Assembly (NCBI GenBank): GCA_035457825.1
Contig: DATIAY010000096.1
Coordinates: 3,683-67,682 of the forward strand
Length of the DNA stretch: 64,000 bases
Direction of reading: 5' to 3'
Source of the DNA: Candidatus Methylomirabilota bacterium
GTDB lineage: Bacteria; Methylomirabilota; Methylomirabilia; Rokubacteriales; CSP1-6
Positions 40,848 through 49,795 of this stretch are shown piece after piece. The position numbers and the translations under genes were made by a program. The notes beneath the pieces are model-generated. The model did not search any database. It was not told where the DNA came from and worked only from the letters and a program-made list of their open reading frames with translations. Numbering within the stretch: the stretch's first letter is position 1; each line of letters begins with the position of its first letter.

Positions 40848-43240
40848 CGGGCGCTCGCGCCTTCGATCCGGTTCGTCGCGATGACCTGCCCGCGCCGGAT
40901 CACGAAGAGCTTCTCGACCTGGTCACCGATGGCTTCCGCCGCCGACCGGGCATCGAGGACCACCAGATCGGCCTGCTTGCCCACTGCCAGGGCGTCGCGT
41001 CCGGTGAGGCCCATGAGGGCGGCCGCCCGGGAGGTCACCATCTCCAACGCGGTATCCGGATCGTCCAGGTGCGTGGCCGTCGCTCCGAGCAACGCCTGCT
41101 CGAGCATGTCAGCGTTGCCGAAGGTCACGAACGCATCGCGGATGTTGTTGGAGGCGAAGACGACGTTGACGCCCGCTTCCAACAGGTCGACGACGCGGGG
41201 GACGCCGCGCCGGCTGTTCACCGGGTCGTCCATGCCCTGCCGGTACAGCTCGCTGGCCGTGAGCGCAGCCACGTGGACTCCGGCCTCGGCCAGCACCGCG
41301 GCGAGCTCACGAATCTGCTGACGCGTGAGCGTGCTCGACGCCGCGAAGTGCCCGATGGCAACCCGGCCAGCCAGCCCGGCTGCCCGGGCGTGGGCGGCGA
41401 CGAGCGGCGCCTCCCACTCGCTCGGCGGGCGCAGCCGATCGATCCCGAGGTCGGCGTGAATGTCGACGGGCACGCCGAACTCGCGGGCCAGGGCGAAGGC
41501 CTGGGCGATGTGGGCCCGGTAATCCGCATCCAGCGGACCGCCGCCCACCAGATCGGCGCCGGCCTTGAGGGCCTGGCGCATCACATCGACGGCCCCAGGC
41601 CCGCCCAGCAGTCCCTCTTGAGGGAAGGCGACGATCTGCAGATCCAGGCGGTCGGCGAACTCGCGGCGGAGCGTGACCAGCGCGTCAAGGGCCAGCAGGC
41701 CGATGACGGGATCGACGTCGCACTGGGCCCGGATGCCGGTGGTTCCGTGCCGCAGGGCGCGAGCCAGCGTGAGACGGCCGCGGGAGAGCAGATCAGCGGT
41801 GGTGTACCGCGCTTTGATCGCGCGCATCGCCTCCACCGCCGCCGCCACCGACAGATTCGCCTCGCCCAGCGGGCAGGCGTCCATGACGAAGGCCTTGTCC
41901 ACGTGCAGGTGGGCGTCGACGAAGGCCGGGGCGACGAGTCGGCCGGCGGCGACGATCTCGGTACCGTCCACCGCCCCGGCCTGCGGCGCGATCTCGCGGA
42001 CCACACCGTCCACGGCGACGACGTCATGCCGGCCGGCGCGCCGGAGCAGCGTGGCTCCGCGGACGACGAGACGCTCGGGCCCCCGGACCGCGACCGTCTC
42101 GCTGTGGCGCGCTGCCTGGTAGACCAGGCGGCCCTGCTTGAACACGGCGATCTTTTCCGCGTGGTCCACGACCGCCCGCGCAAAGCTCGGCGCGTCCAGG
42201 ACGACGAGATCGGCTTCGGTGCCCGGCTCGATCTGTCCGGGAGCGACCGTGACGCGCGCCTGCTCCAGCGCGGCGGGCGTGCCCAGGTGGCTCGCATAGG
42301 CGGCCAGCCACACCGCCGCCAGCGGGTCGAGCGCCGCGGCCTCTACGGATGCGCCGGAGCCAAGGCCGACGGTGACCCCGGCGGCCAGCAGCTCCCGCAG
42401 GCGGGGCAGGCCGCGCCGGCCGGCTGCCGCATCGTCGCGGCCCGCGCGCTGCAGCGTCTGCCGCGGACAGACGATGACCGGCACCGCGAGGGCGGCCAGC
42501 TCGCGGAGCAGCGACGCGGCATCGTCGCGATGCACCGCCGCCAGGGCGGTCGCGTGGAGCACGCGCACGGCAGGGCGGACGGCGAGGCGGCCGAGCGTCT
42601 CGACGACGTAGGTGAGGGCGAGCGCATCCGGCCCCACGCGGTCGGGTGGCAGCGCGGTGTCGAGGGCCAGATCGAGGCCGAGGCCGGTCTCCCCGAGACC
42701 GTCCAGGAGCGGGGCCAGCGCTCCCAGGGACCCCCGTTCCATCGCGACATCGACGCTGTCGGCCCCCGCCCGGCGCGCCGATTGAAGGAGCGCTGCCAGT
42801 CCGCGCGGCCGCCCCAGGACATCGGCGGTGGTGAGCCCGAGCGACAGCTCGATGGTGAGCTGCGGGGCCAACTGCGCCCGCAGCCGGGTGAGCAGGCGGA
42901 GCGGCATGAGCGGCTCGTCGATGTCGAGGGGAGCGCTGAGCCGGATCGCCGTGGTGCCGTGGCGGATGGCCGTCTCCAGCATCAAGGTGGCGCGGCCCTC
43001 GAGCTCGTGGGCCGGCGCCACGACTCCCGCGTGAGCGTTGCGAAAGCCGGGCAGCAGCAACCGCCCGTTCACGGCCAGCTCACGGCGTGCCGGCCCGTCC
43101 AGACGAGGGGCGACGGCGACGACCCGGCTCCCCGCGATGGCGAGATCGCGGGCGCCCTCGTGTTGGGGAAGCCGGCACTCGCGCAAGAGCCACTCGAAAG
43201 CCAAGGCGTCGCCGACGATAGCACAGCCGGACGGAGCCAC
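40844..43240 (-). CDS. Fused tandem amidohydrolase (degenerate N-terminal half + CodA/AtzC-like C-terminal half)
   Basis: The C-terminal half has APAFVDAHLHVDKAF and VVFASNNIRDAF, like the gene at 30639. The N-terminal half aligns but reads PGFRNAHAGV and GLGSGASVEAA at the same positions. GTG start at 43240. Confidence 0.8.
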   Translation of the reverse strand: MAPSGCAIVGDALAFEWLLRECRLPQHEGARDLAIAGSRVVAVAPRLDGPARRELAVNGRLLLPGFRNAHAGVVAPAHELEGRATLMLETAIRHGTTAIRLSAPLDIDEPLMPLRLLTRLRAQLAPQLTIELSLGLTTADVLGRPRGLAALLQSARRAGADSVDVAMERGSLGALAPLLDGLGETGLGLDLALDTALPPDRVGPDALALTYVVETLGRLAVRPAVRVLHATALAAVHRDDAASLLRELAALAVPVIVCPRQTLQRAGRDDAAAGRRGLPRLRELLAAGVTVGLGSGASVEAAALDPLAAVWLAAYASHLGTPAALEQARVTVAPGQIEPGTEADLVVLDAPSFARAVVDHAEKIAVFKQGRLVYQAARHSETVAVRGPERLVVRGATLLRRAGRHDVVAVDGVVREIAPQAGAVDGTEIVAAGRLVAPAFVDAHLHVDKAFVMDACPLGEANLSVAAAVEAMRAIKARYTTADLLSRGRLTLARALRHGTTGIRAQCDVDPVIGLLALDALVTLRREFADRLDLQIVAFPQEGLLGGPGAVDVMRQALKAGADLVGGGPLDADYRAHIAQAFALAREFGVPVDIHADLGIDRLRPPSEWEAPLVAAHARAAGLAGRVAIGHFAASSTLTRQQIRELAAVLAEAGVHVAALTASELYRQGMDDPVNSRRGVPRVVDLLEAGVNVVFASNNIRDAFVTFGNADMLEQALLGATATHLDDPDTALEMVTSRAAALMGLTGRDALAVGKQADLVVLDARSAAEAIGDQVEKLFVIRRGQVIATNRIEGASAR

Positions 43241-43282
43241 GAGCTAGCGGCCCGGCATGTAGAATGCGGTCGGATCAGCGGC

Positions 43283-43930
43283 ATGGCACGCATGTTCCTC
43301 CTCTCGCCGGCAAACTGCGCAGGCATCCGGGCCCAGATAGTGATGCGCGCCGGCGCCACGTTCGATCTGGCCCGTCGGCTGCGGGGCCGGGAGGGAGCCC
43401 CTCTCGGTGAAGTCTTCAGCTTCATGAGCGGGCTCTACTTCCGCGGCAAGCTCGCCTACGCCCGGGCCTTCGCCGCGGCCCCCGATCCCGGGTGCCGCCT
43501 GACCGGCGAAGGTGTGCTCGTGATCACGCCGGGCGCGGGCCTGCACAGCCCCTCGGCGGCGGTGACCCTCCGCACGCTGCAGGCGTTCGCCCGGGTCGAG
43601 GTGGATCCTGCCCGGTCCAGCTTTCGCCGACCGTTGCTGGCAGCGTGTCGCCAGGTACGCCGGCGAATCGGCCCGGCCTGCGACGTCGTGCTGCTGGGCA
43701 GCGTGGCGTCACCGAAGTACGTGGAGGTCCTCGCCACCGTGTTCGGCGACCGCCTCAAGTTCCCGCTCGACTTCGTGGGTCGGGGCGACATGAGCCGGGG
43801 TGGCCTCCTGCTCCGTTGCGTCGCCACCCGGCAGGAGCTCGAGTACGCTCCCGTGATCGGGGCCGTCGTTCACGGGCCGCGGCCGCCGCGGCTCGCACCG
43901 CTCCAGCATGGTCCGGCGGCAGCGCCCTGA
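43283..43930 (+). CDS. Hypothetical protein translationally coupled to LigD polymerase (no family recognised)
   Basis: 215 aa: MARMFLLSPANCAGIRAQ...SFMSGLYFRGKLAYA...VVLLGSVASPKYVEVL...FVGRGDMSRGGLLLR. The stop TGA overlaps the next ATG (TGATG). Confidence 0.6.
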   Translation: MARMFLLSPANCAGIRAQIVMRAGATFDLARRLRGREGAPLGEVFSFMSGLYFRGKLAYARAFAAAPDPGCRLTGEGVLVITPGAGLHSPSAAVTLRTLQAFARVEVDPARSSFRRPLLAACRQVRRRIGPACDVVLLGSVASPKYVEVLATVFGDRLKFPLDFVGRGDMSRGGLLLRCVATRQELEYAPVIGAVVHGPRPPRLAPLQHGPAAAP

Positions 43931-44919
43931 TGAGTCGAGTCGCCGCGCGCGGCCCTCATTCTCCCCGGGGCCCGGGAATCGGGCGCCGGGGGCCGGCTGG
44001 CCCGACGACGATTCCGCGTGACGGCGACAGCGTGGTGCTCGAGGCCGGCGGCCGTCAGGTGCGGCTCACGAATCTGAGGAAGCCGTTCTGGCCCGAGCTC
44101 GGGATCACCAAGGGCGACCTCCTGCAGTACTACGCCGACGTCGCCTCACTCCTGCTTCCCCACGTGCGCGACCGGGCCATGGTGATGCGCCGCTATCCCG
44201 ACGGGGCGGCGGGGCCCTCGTTCTTCATGAAGCGGGCGCCGGTGCCGCGGCCCGACTGGATCCAGACGTGCGGCATCGCCCACGGCTCCGGCAGCGTTAT
44301 CGACTTTCCGCTCATTCAGGATCTGCCGGCGCTGCTCTGGGTGGTCAACCTCGGGTGCATCGATCTCAACCCCTGGTACGCCCGCTGCGACGACGTGGAC
44401 CGGCCGGACTGGCTGCACTTCGACCTCGACCCCGGCACGGCGTCTTTCCCCCAGGTGATCGAGACGGCTCTGGTCCTCCACGAGGTGCTCGGCTCTCTGG
44501 GCATGCCGACTTACGTCAAGACCACTGGCTCCAAGGGACTCCATGTCTACGTGCCCATCGTGCGGGGGCCGCGCCAAAAGGCCGTGTGGGAGGTGGCCAA
44601 AACGGTGGCCCGGGAGTTGGCGGGCCGGCACCCGAAGCTGATGACCGCCGAGTACCGGGTGGCCCGGCGCCCGGCCGGCCGGGTGCTGGTCGATTACAAC
44701 CAGAACGCCTGGGGACGCACGCTGGCCTCCATCTACTCGGTGCGACCGCACCCGCGGGCCTGCGTGTCGACGCCCGTGACCTGGGACGAGCTCGCCTCCG
44801 GCGTGAGCACCGAGGACTTCCGCATCGACAACGTGCGGGCCCGGCTGGCCCGGGTCGGTGATCTGTGGGCTCCCGTTCTGGCCCGGCGGGGGCGCTTCGA
44901 TCTGAGCCGACTTGGATGA
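43930..44919 (+). CDS. ligD: Non-homologous end-joining DNA polymerase/primase (LigD polymerase domain, stand-alone)
   Basis: LTNLRKPFWPE.GITKGDLLQYY, RYPDG...FFMKR, LHFDLDP, KTTGSKGLHVYVP, VLVDYNQN. Confidence 0.9.
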   Translation: MSRVAARGPHSPRGPGIGRRGPAGPTTIPRDGDSVVLEAGGRQVRLTNLRKPFWPELGITKGDLLQYYADVASLLLPHVRDRAMVMRRYPDGAAGPSFFMKRAPVPRPDWIQTCGIAHGSGSVIDFPLIQDLPALLWVVNLGCIDLNPWYARCDDVDRPDWLHFDLDPGTASFPQVIETALVLHEVLGSLGMPTYVKTTGSKGLHVYVPIVRGPRQKAVWEVAKTVARELAGRHPKLMTAEYRVARRPAGRVLVDYNQNAWGRTLASIYSVRPHPRACVSTPVTWDELASGVSTEDFRIDNVRARLARVGDLWAPVLARRGRFDLSRLG

Positions 44920-45998
44920 GGCGGTCCGCCGAGCCCCGCGCGCCTGCCCGGTGGCCGGCGCTGAGCCTGCCTATCACGCCCCCGTACCCGCCGATGGAGG
45001 CGCGGCTGGTGGACGCCCTGCCCGCCACGGAGGGCTGGCTGTTCGAGCCCAAGTGGGATGGCTTCCGGTGTCTGGCGTATCGGGACGGCGAGACGGTGGC
45101 GCTGCAGTCCAAGGCTGGGCAGCCGCTGACCCGCTACTTCCCCGAGATCGTGGACGCGCTCCTCCGCCTGCCGGCCCGGCGTTTCCTGCTCGACGGCGAG
45201 CTCCTCGTGCCCGCTGACGGTGGGTTCTCCTTCGATGACCTGCTACAGCGTCTGCACCCCGCGGCGAGCCGGATCCAGCGTCTGGCCGCGGAGACCCCGG
45301 CCCTGCTCCTCGCCTTCGACCTCCTCGTGGACGAGAGCGGGGGGGCGCTGGTCGAGCTTCCCCTGACCGAGCGCCGGCGCCGCCTCGAGACGTTCGCCGA
45401 GAAGCACTTGGCGGCCGGGGGTACGGTCCGGCTTTCTCCCGCGACGGCCGATCGTGCGGTGGCCGAGGCGTGGTTGCGCGAGCCCGGCGCGCTGAAGCTG
45501 GACGGGGTGATCGCCAAGCGTGCCGCGGCCGCCTACGCGAGCGGCGAGCGCACAGCCATGCAGAAGATCAAGCGGATGCGCACCGCCGATTGCGTGGTCG
45601 GAGGCTTCCGCTACGCCGCCGGCGGGCGCCAGGTGGGTTCATTGCTGCTCGGGCTCTACGACGGCGAGGGCCGGCTCCACCACGTGGGCTTCACGTCGAG
45701 CTTCAGCGTGGCCCAGCGCGCCACGCTGCTGCCCAGGTTGCGCCCGTTCCTCGGTGGAGCAGGGTTCACCGGACACGCGCCGGGCGGGCCCAGCCGCTGG
45801 GCCACCGAGCGCTCGGGCCAGTGGGAGCCGCTGAAGCCCGCGCTCGTGTGCGAGGTGCGTTATGACCACTGGAGCGGCGACCGCTTCCGCCACGGCACGA
45901 CGTTCCTGCGCTGGCGACCCGACAAGGCGCCGCTGACGGTGACCTTCGATTCGTTCCGGGAGTCGTCAGGTGAGCGCCATGCCGCCGATCAGGCGTGA
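44916..45998 (+). CDS. ligD: ATP-dependent DNA ligase (LigD ligase domain, stand-alone)
   Basis: Adenylation motif I WLFEPKWDGFRC, LDGELLV, GVIAKR, and an OB-fold C-terminus. ATGA overlap with the polymerase gene. Confidence 0.9.
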   Translation: MRRSAEPRAPARWPALSLPITPPYPPMEARLVDALPATEGWLFEPKWDGFRCLAYRDGETVALQSKAGQPLTRYFPEIVDALLRLPARRFLLDGELLVPADGGFSFDDLLQRLHPAASRIQRLAAETPALLLAFDLLVDESGGALVELPLTERRRRLETFAEKHLAAGGTVRLSPATADRAVAEAWLREPGALKLDGVIAKRAAAAYASGERTAMQKIKRMRTADCVVGGFRYAAGGRQVGSLLLGLYDGEGRLHHVGFTSSFSVAQRATLLPRLRPFLGGAGFTGHAPGGPSRWATERSGQWEPLKPALVCEVRYDHWSGDRFRHGTTFLRWRPDKAPLTVTFDSFRESSGERHAADQA

Positions 45999-46006
45999 GC
46001 GTTCGC

Positions 46007-47281
46007 TCAGTCCACCAGCTGGTCCAGCCGTCGCTCGAGAAACCGTCGCTCCGGTTCCTGCCGCGTGAGAACGAGGGCCCGCCCGTAGGAGGCTCGGGCT
46101 TCTGCCGTTCGCCCCAGGCGCCGGCACAGGTCCGCCCGCGCCGAGTGCGCCAGGTGATAGTCCCCCAGCTCGCCACGGCTCAGGATGGCGTCGATGAGGG
46201 CCAGACCCGCCAGCGGGCCATCACGCATCGCCACCGCCACGGCACGGTTCAGCTCGACCACGGGTGAGGGATCGGCCCGCACCAGCACGTCGTACAGCCC
46301 CACGATCTGGGCCCAGTCCGTCGCGGCGGCACGGGGCGCCTGGGCATGCACCGCCGCGATCGCCGCCTGCAGCGTATAGGAGCCGAATCGGCGCGACGCC
46401 AGCGCCCGGTCCACCAGGGCCAGGCCTTCAGCGATCTGAACCCGGTTCCAGAGCGAGCGGTCCTGGTCGCCGAGCAGGACCAGCTCGCCCCCGGGCGAGG
46501 TGCGCGCGGCCCGGCGCGATTCGTGCAACAGCATCAGCGCCAAGAGCCCCTGGGCCTCGGGCTCCGGCAGCAACTCGACGAGCAGCCGTCCCAGACGGAT
46601 CGCCTCGCCCGACAGATCGTGCCGGGTCAACGACGAACCCGACGAGGCGGCGTAGCCCTCGTTGAACACGAGATAGATCACCTTCAAGACTGCGGCGAGC
46701 CGATCCGGCAATTCGGCGGGTTCGGGCACCTGATAGGGAATGCGGGTATCGCGGATCTTGGCCTTGGCCCGCACGATGCGCTGGGCGAGCGTGGGCGCCA
46801 GGGTGAGGAATGCGTGGGCGATCTCCTCGGTCGTGAGGCCGCACACCTCGCGCAACGTGAGGGCAACCTGGGCATCCGGCGACAGGGCCGGGTGGCAACA
46901 GGTGAAGATCAGGCGCAGGCGGTCATCCTCGACACTCCCGCCTTCCCGGGCCGTGAAGTCATCGGCAGTGTCGACGGGCTCGGCGAGGTCGTCCAGCGCC
47001 TCGAAGCGAGCGCGCCGGCGAACACCGTCGATGGCCTTGAAGCGTCCGGCCGACACCAGCCAGGCCCGGGGATTGGCCGGCACCCCGTCACGCGGCCACT
47101 GCTCCAGCGCGGCCCGGAAGGCCTCGTGCAGCGCCTCCTCGGCGAGATCGAAGTCGCCGAGGAGGCGAATCAGGGTGGCGAGGACGCGGCGGGAGTCGGT
47201 CTGGTAGACCGCGTCCACCGTCTCGCGCACACGTTCGGTCGCGTCCATCTCCGCTACTTCTTCCTTCGAGCCTCGCGCCAA
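46007..47281 (-). CDS. ECF-type sigma-70 family factor with a long (~230 aa) C-terminal extension
   Basis: Region 2 (LIRLLGDFDLAEEALHEAF...NPRAWL) and region 4 (LTLREVCGLTTEEIAHAF...AQRIVRAK), followed by a helical-repeat-like tail. This is the type usually paired with YciI-like genes. Confidence 0.8.
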   Translation of the reverse strand: MARGSKEEVAEMDATERVRETVDAVYQTDSRRVLATLIRLLGDFDLAEEALHEAFRAALEQWPRDGVPANPRAWLVSAGRFKAIDGVRRRARFEALDDLAEPVDTADDFTAREGGSVEDDRLRLIFTCCHPALSPDAQVALTLREVCGLTTEEIAHAFLTLAPTLAQRIVRAKAKIRDTRIPYQVPEPAELPDRLAAVLKVIYLVFNEGYAASSGSSLTRHDLSGEAIRLGRLLVELLPEPEAQGLLALMLLHESRRAARTSPGGELVLLGDQDRSLWNRVQIAEGLALVDRALASRRFGSYTLQAAIAAVHAQAPRAAATDWAQIVGLYDVLVRADPSPVVELNRAVAVAMRDGPLAGLALIDAILSRGELGDYHLAHSARADLCRRLGRTAEARASYGRALVLTRQEPERRFLERRLDQLVD

Positions 47282-47331
47282 GCGTACCCGAGCCGGGCAT
47301 CGCCGACCAGCGATTGGACGGAGGACGTCGA

Positions 47332-47357
47332 CCCCCGGCCGGGGGGGGATCTTTTTT
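47332..47357 (+). terminator. Intrinsic-terminator-like hairpin plus T6 tract in the sigma/yciI divergent region
   Basis: CCCCC-GGCC-GGGGG(GGG)ATC-TTTTTT. The stem is short, and no plus-strand gene lies upstream of it. Confidence 0.3.
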
Positions 47358-47490
47358 CGCCGGCCATGTCGATAAGAGGTCGGCCCGCTCGACTACGGAG
47401 CAAAGGGAGGGGGTCAGTCCGGCGGGTCCACCGAGCGGTTTGGACTGCAGCGGTAGGATAGAGGGTACCTGGAGGTCAGGAGGCGTCGCG

Positions 47491-47859
47491 ATGAAATACA
47501 TGCTACTGATCTACGGTGACGAAAAGGCTCTGAGCGAGCCCGAGCGCGCGGCCTGTTACGTGGCGTCCACGCAACTCGCCCACGAGATCAAGTCGAGCGG
47601 GCAGTATCTGGCCGCCAACCCGTTGCACCCGACGGGAATGGCCACCAGTGTCCGGGTGCGCAACGGCAAGCGCCTCGTGACCGATGGGCCGTTCGCGGAG
47701 ACGCGTGAGCAGCTGGGTGGCTACTTCCTCATCGACGCCAAGGATCTCGACCAGGCGATCGGAATCGCCGCCCGGATTCCCATGGCCCACAGGGGTACCG
47801 TCGAGATCCGTCCGGTGCTGGAGATCGCGGGCCTGCCTGCGGGGGACGGGAAGGCGTAA
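47491..47859 (+). CDS. YciI family protein
   Basis: [11 protein letters not shown]... and [19 protein letters not shown] motif. SD GGAGGTCAGGAGG upstream. Confidence 0.85.
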   Translation: MKYMLLIYGDEKALSEPERAACYVASTQLAHEIKSSGQYLAANPLHPTGMATSVRVRNGKRLVTDGPFAETREQLGGYFLIDAKDLDQAIGIAARIPMAHRGTVEIRPVLEIAGLPAGDGKA

Positions 47860-47891
47860 CAACTGACGCGAAACTCAGGAAGGAGCAGGCG

Positions 47892-49007
47892 ATGAGCAGC
47901 GTACGGGTGCTGGTTGGAACACGCAAGGGCGCCTTCGTGCTGACGTCGGACGGAACACGTGAGCGGTGGGATGTCAGTGGCCCCCACTTCGGAGGCTGGG
48001 AGATCTACCACCTCAAGGGGTCTCCGGCTGACCCGAGTCGGCTGTATGCATCGCAGTCCAGCGGCTGGTTCGGACAGCAGATCCAGCGCTCCAGCGATGG
48101 CGGCAAGACGTGGGAGCCGGTGGGGAACAAGTTCGTGTACGACGGCGCTACCGGCACCCACCAGTGGTACGACGGCACGCCGCACCCCTGGGAGTTCGCT
48201 CGGGTCTGGCACCTCGAGCCCGCGCTGACCGATCCCGATACCGTCTACGCCGGAGTGGAAGACGCCGCGTTGTTCCGCTCGATCGACGGCGGCCAGACCT
48301 GGCAGGAGCTCCCCGGACTGCGGGGCCATGGCTCGGCGTCCACCTGGCAGCCGGGAGCGGGTGGGATGTGCCTGCACACGATCCTCCTGGACCCGAGCCA
48401 TCCCGGTCGGATCTTCATCGCCATCTCGGCGGCGGGCGTGTTCCGGAGCGACGACGTCGGCAAGACGTGGCGGCCAATGAATCGCGGCCTGCGGTCGGAG
48501 GGCATCCCCAATCCGACGGCCGAGGTCGGCCACTGCGTGCATCGCATCGCCATGCACCGGACGCGTCCAGGCGTGCTGTTCATGCAGAAACACTGGGATG
48601 TCATGCGCAGCGACGACGCCGGAGAGTCGTGGCGCGACGTGGGCGGGAGCTTGCCGAGCGATTTCGGTTTCCCCATCGACGTGCACACGCACGAGCCCGA
48701 CACCATCTATGTCGTGCCGATCAAGAGCGATTCGGAGCACTATCCGCCCGACGGGAAGCTGCGTGTGTATCGCAGCCGGACGGGCGGCAACGAGTGGGAG
48801 GCGCTCACCCGAGGGCTGCCCCAGCGCGACTGCTACGTCAACGTGTTGCGCGATGCGATGGCCGTCGACGCGCTGGATCCCTGCGGAGTGTACTTCGGCA
48901 CCACCGGGGGGCAGGTCTACGTGTCGGCCACCGCCGGGGACAGCTGGGCCCCCATCGTCCGGGATCTGCCATCGGTGGTGTCCATCGAGGTCCAGACGCT
49001 GCCATGA
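47892..49007 (+). CDS. BNR/Asp-box repeat beta-propeller protein (sialidase-fold, function unknown)
   Basis: Five SxDxGxTW-type boxes: [40 protein letters not shown]. Confidence 0.8.
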   Translation: MSSVRVLVGTRKGAFVLTSDGTRERWDVSGPHFGGWEIYHLKGSPADPSRLYASQSSGWFGQQIQRSSDGGKTWEPVGNKFVYDGATGTHQWYDGTPHPWEFARVWHLEPALTDPDTVYAGVEDAALFRSIDGGQTWQELPGLRGHGSASTWQPGAGGMCLHTILLDPSHPGRIFIAISAAGVFRSDDVGKTWRPMNRGLRSEGIPNPTAEVGHCVHRIAMHRTRPGVLFMQKHWDVMRSDDAGESWRDVGGSLPSDFGFPIDVHTHEPDTIYVVPIKSDSEHYPPDGKLRVYRSRTGGNEWEALTRGLPQRDCYVNVLRDAMAVDALDPCGVYFGTTGGQVYVSATAGDSWAPIVRDLPSVVSIEVQTLP

Positions 49008-49300
49008 TCCGGGTCGTGCTCCCGGCCCATCTCCGGACGCTCGCCCGCGTCGACGGCGAGGTGAAGCTCCACGTCGAAGGTCAGGCCACGCAGCGGTCGG
49101 TCCTCGACACGCTCGAGGCCTGCTATCCGATGCTGCGGGGGACGATTCGCGACCACGTCACGCACCAGCGCCGAGCGTTCGTGCGCTTCTTCGCCTGCGA
49201 GCAGGATCTGTCCCATGAAGCACCGGACGCCCCGCTGCCCGAGGCGGTCGCCAGGGGGGCCGAGCCGTTCCTGGTCGTGGGGGCCATGGCCGGCGGCTGA
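49004..49300 (+). CDS. MoaD/ThiS-like ubiquitin-fold protein ending in Gly-Gly
   Basis: 98 aa with C-terminus ...[12 protein letters not shown] followed by the stop. ATGA overlap with the BNR gene. Confidence 0.7.
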   Translation: MIRVVLPAHLRTLARVDGEVKLHVEGQATQRSVLDTLEACYPMLRGTIRDHVTHQRRAFVRFFACEQDLSHEAPDAPLPEAVARGAEPFLVVGAMAGG

Positions 49301-49354
49301 GTGGTGAGGTGGGCGAAGGACACACGACGTCGGTGGTGGAGGGGGACAGCGATC

Positions 49355-49750
49355 ATGACCTATGCGCTGTGGGTCGTTCAGGGGCTGCTCGCGCTCCTGT
49401 TTCTGTTCGCCGGGGGTATGAAGCTGGTCCTGCCGCTCGAGGAACTGACAGGACCGATGCCGTTGCCCGGCCCCTTCATCCGGTTCATCGGCGTGGCCGA
49501 GGTGCTCGGCGCGCTCGGTCTCATCCTCCCCGGCCTGCTGGGTATTCGGCCGGGTCTGACCCCGCTGGCCGCGGCCGGGCTGGTGATCATCATGATCGGG
49601 GCGACGGCGATCACCCTGGCCGGTGGTGATGTCGCGCTGGCGCTGATCCCGTTGGCAGTGGGGCTCCTCGCCGCATTCGTCGTCTATGGTCGCTGGCGGC
49701 TGACACCGCACCGCGTATCCCCGGCTTCCCGTACCGCCGCTGGCGGTTGA
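49355..49750 (+). CDS. DoxX family membrane protein
   Basis: Four hydrophobic helices, and LLFLFAGGMKL / GVAEVLGALGLILP are typical of DoxX. Confidence 0.75.
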   Translation: MTYALWVVQGLLALLFLFAGGMKLVLPLEELTGPMPLPGPFIRFIGVAEVLGALGLILPGLLGIRPGLTPLAAAGLVIIMIGATAITLAGGDVALALIPLAVGLLAAFVVYGRWRLTPHRVSPASRTAAGG

Positions 49751-49795
49751 ACCCCCACGGGTGGCCGCTCGAAGTGACAGACAGACGCATTCGGC

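Noticed and set aside
41069-43282. The first ~738 codons of the 953-aa plus-strand ORF 41069..43930.
   Set aside because: This part is antisense to the double amidohydrolase gene and has shadow-ORF composition. Only the part after the ATG at 43283, outside the minus-strand gene, has natural composition and was kept.
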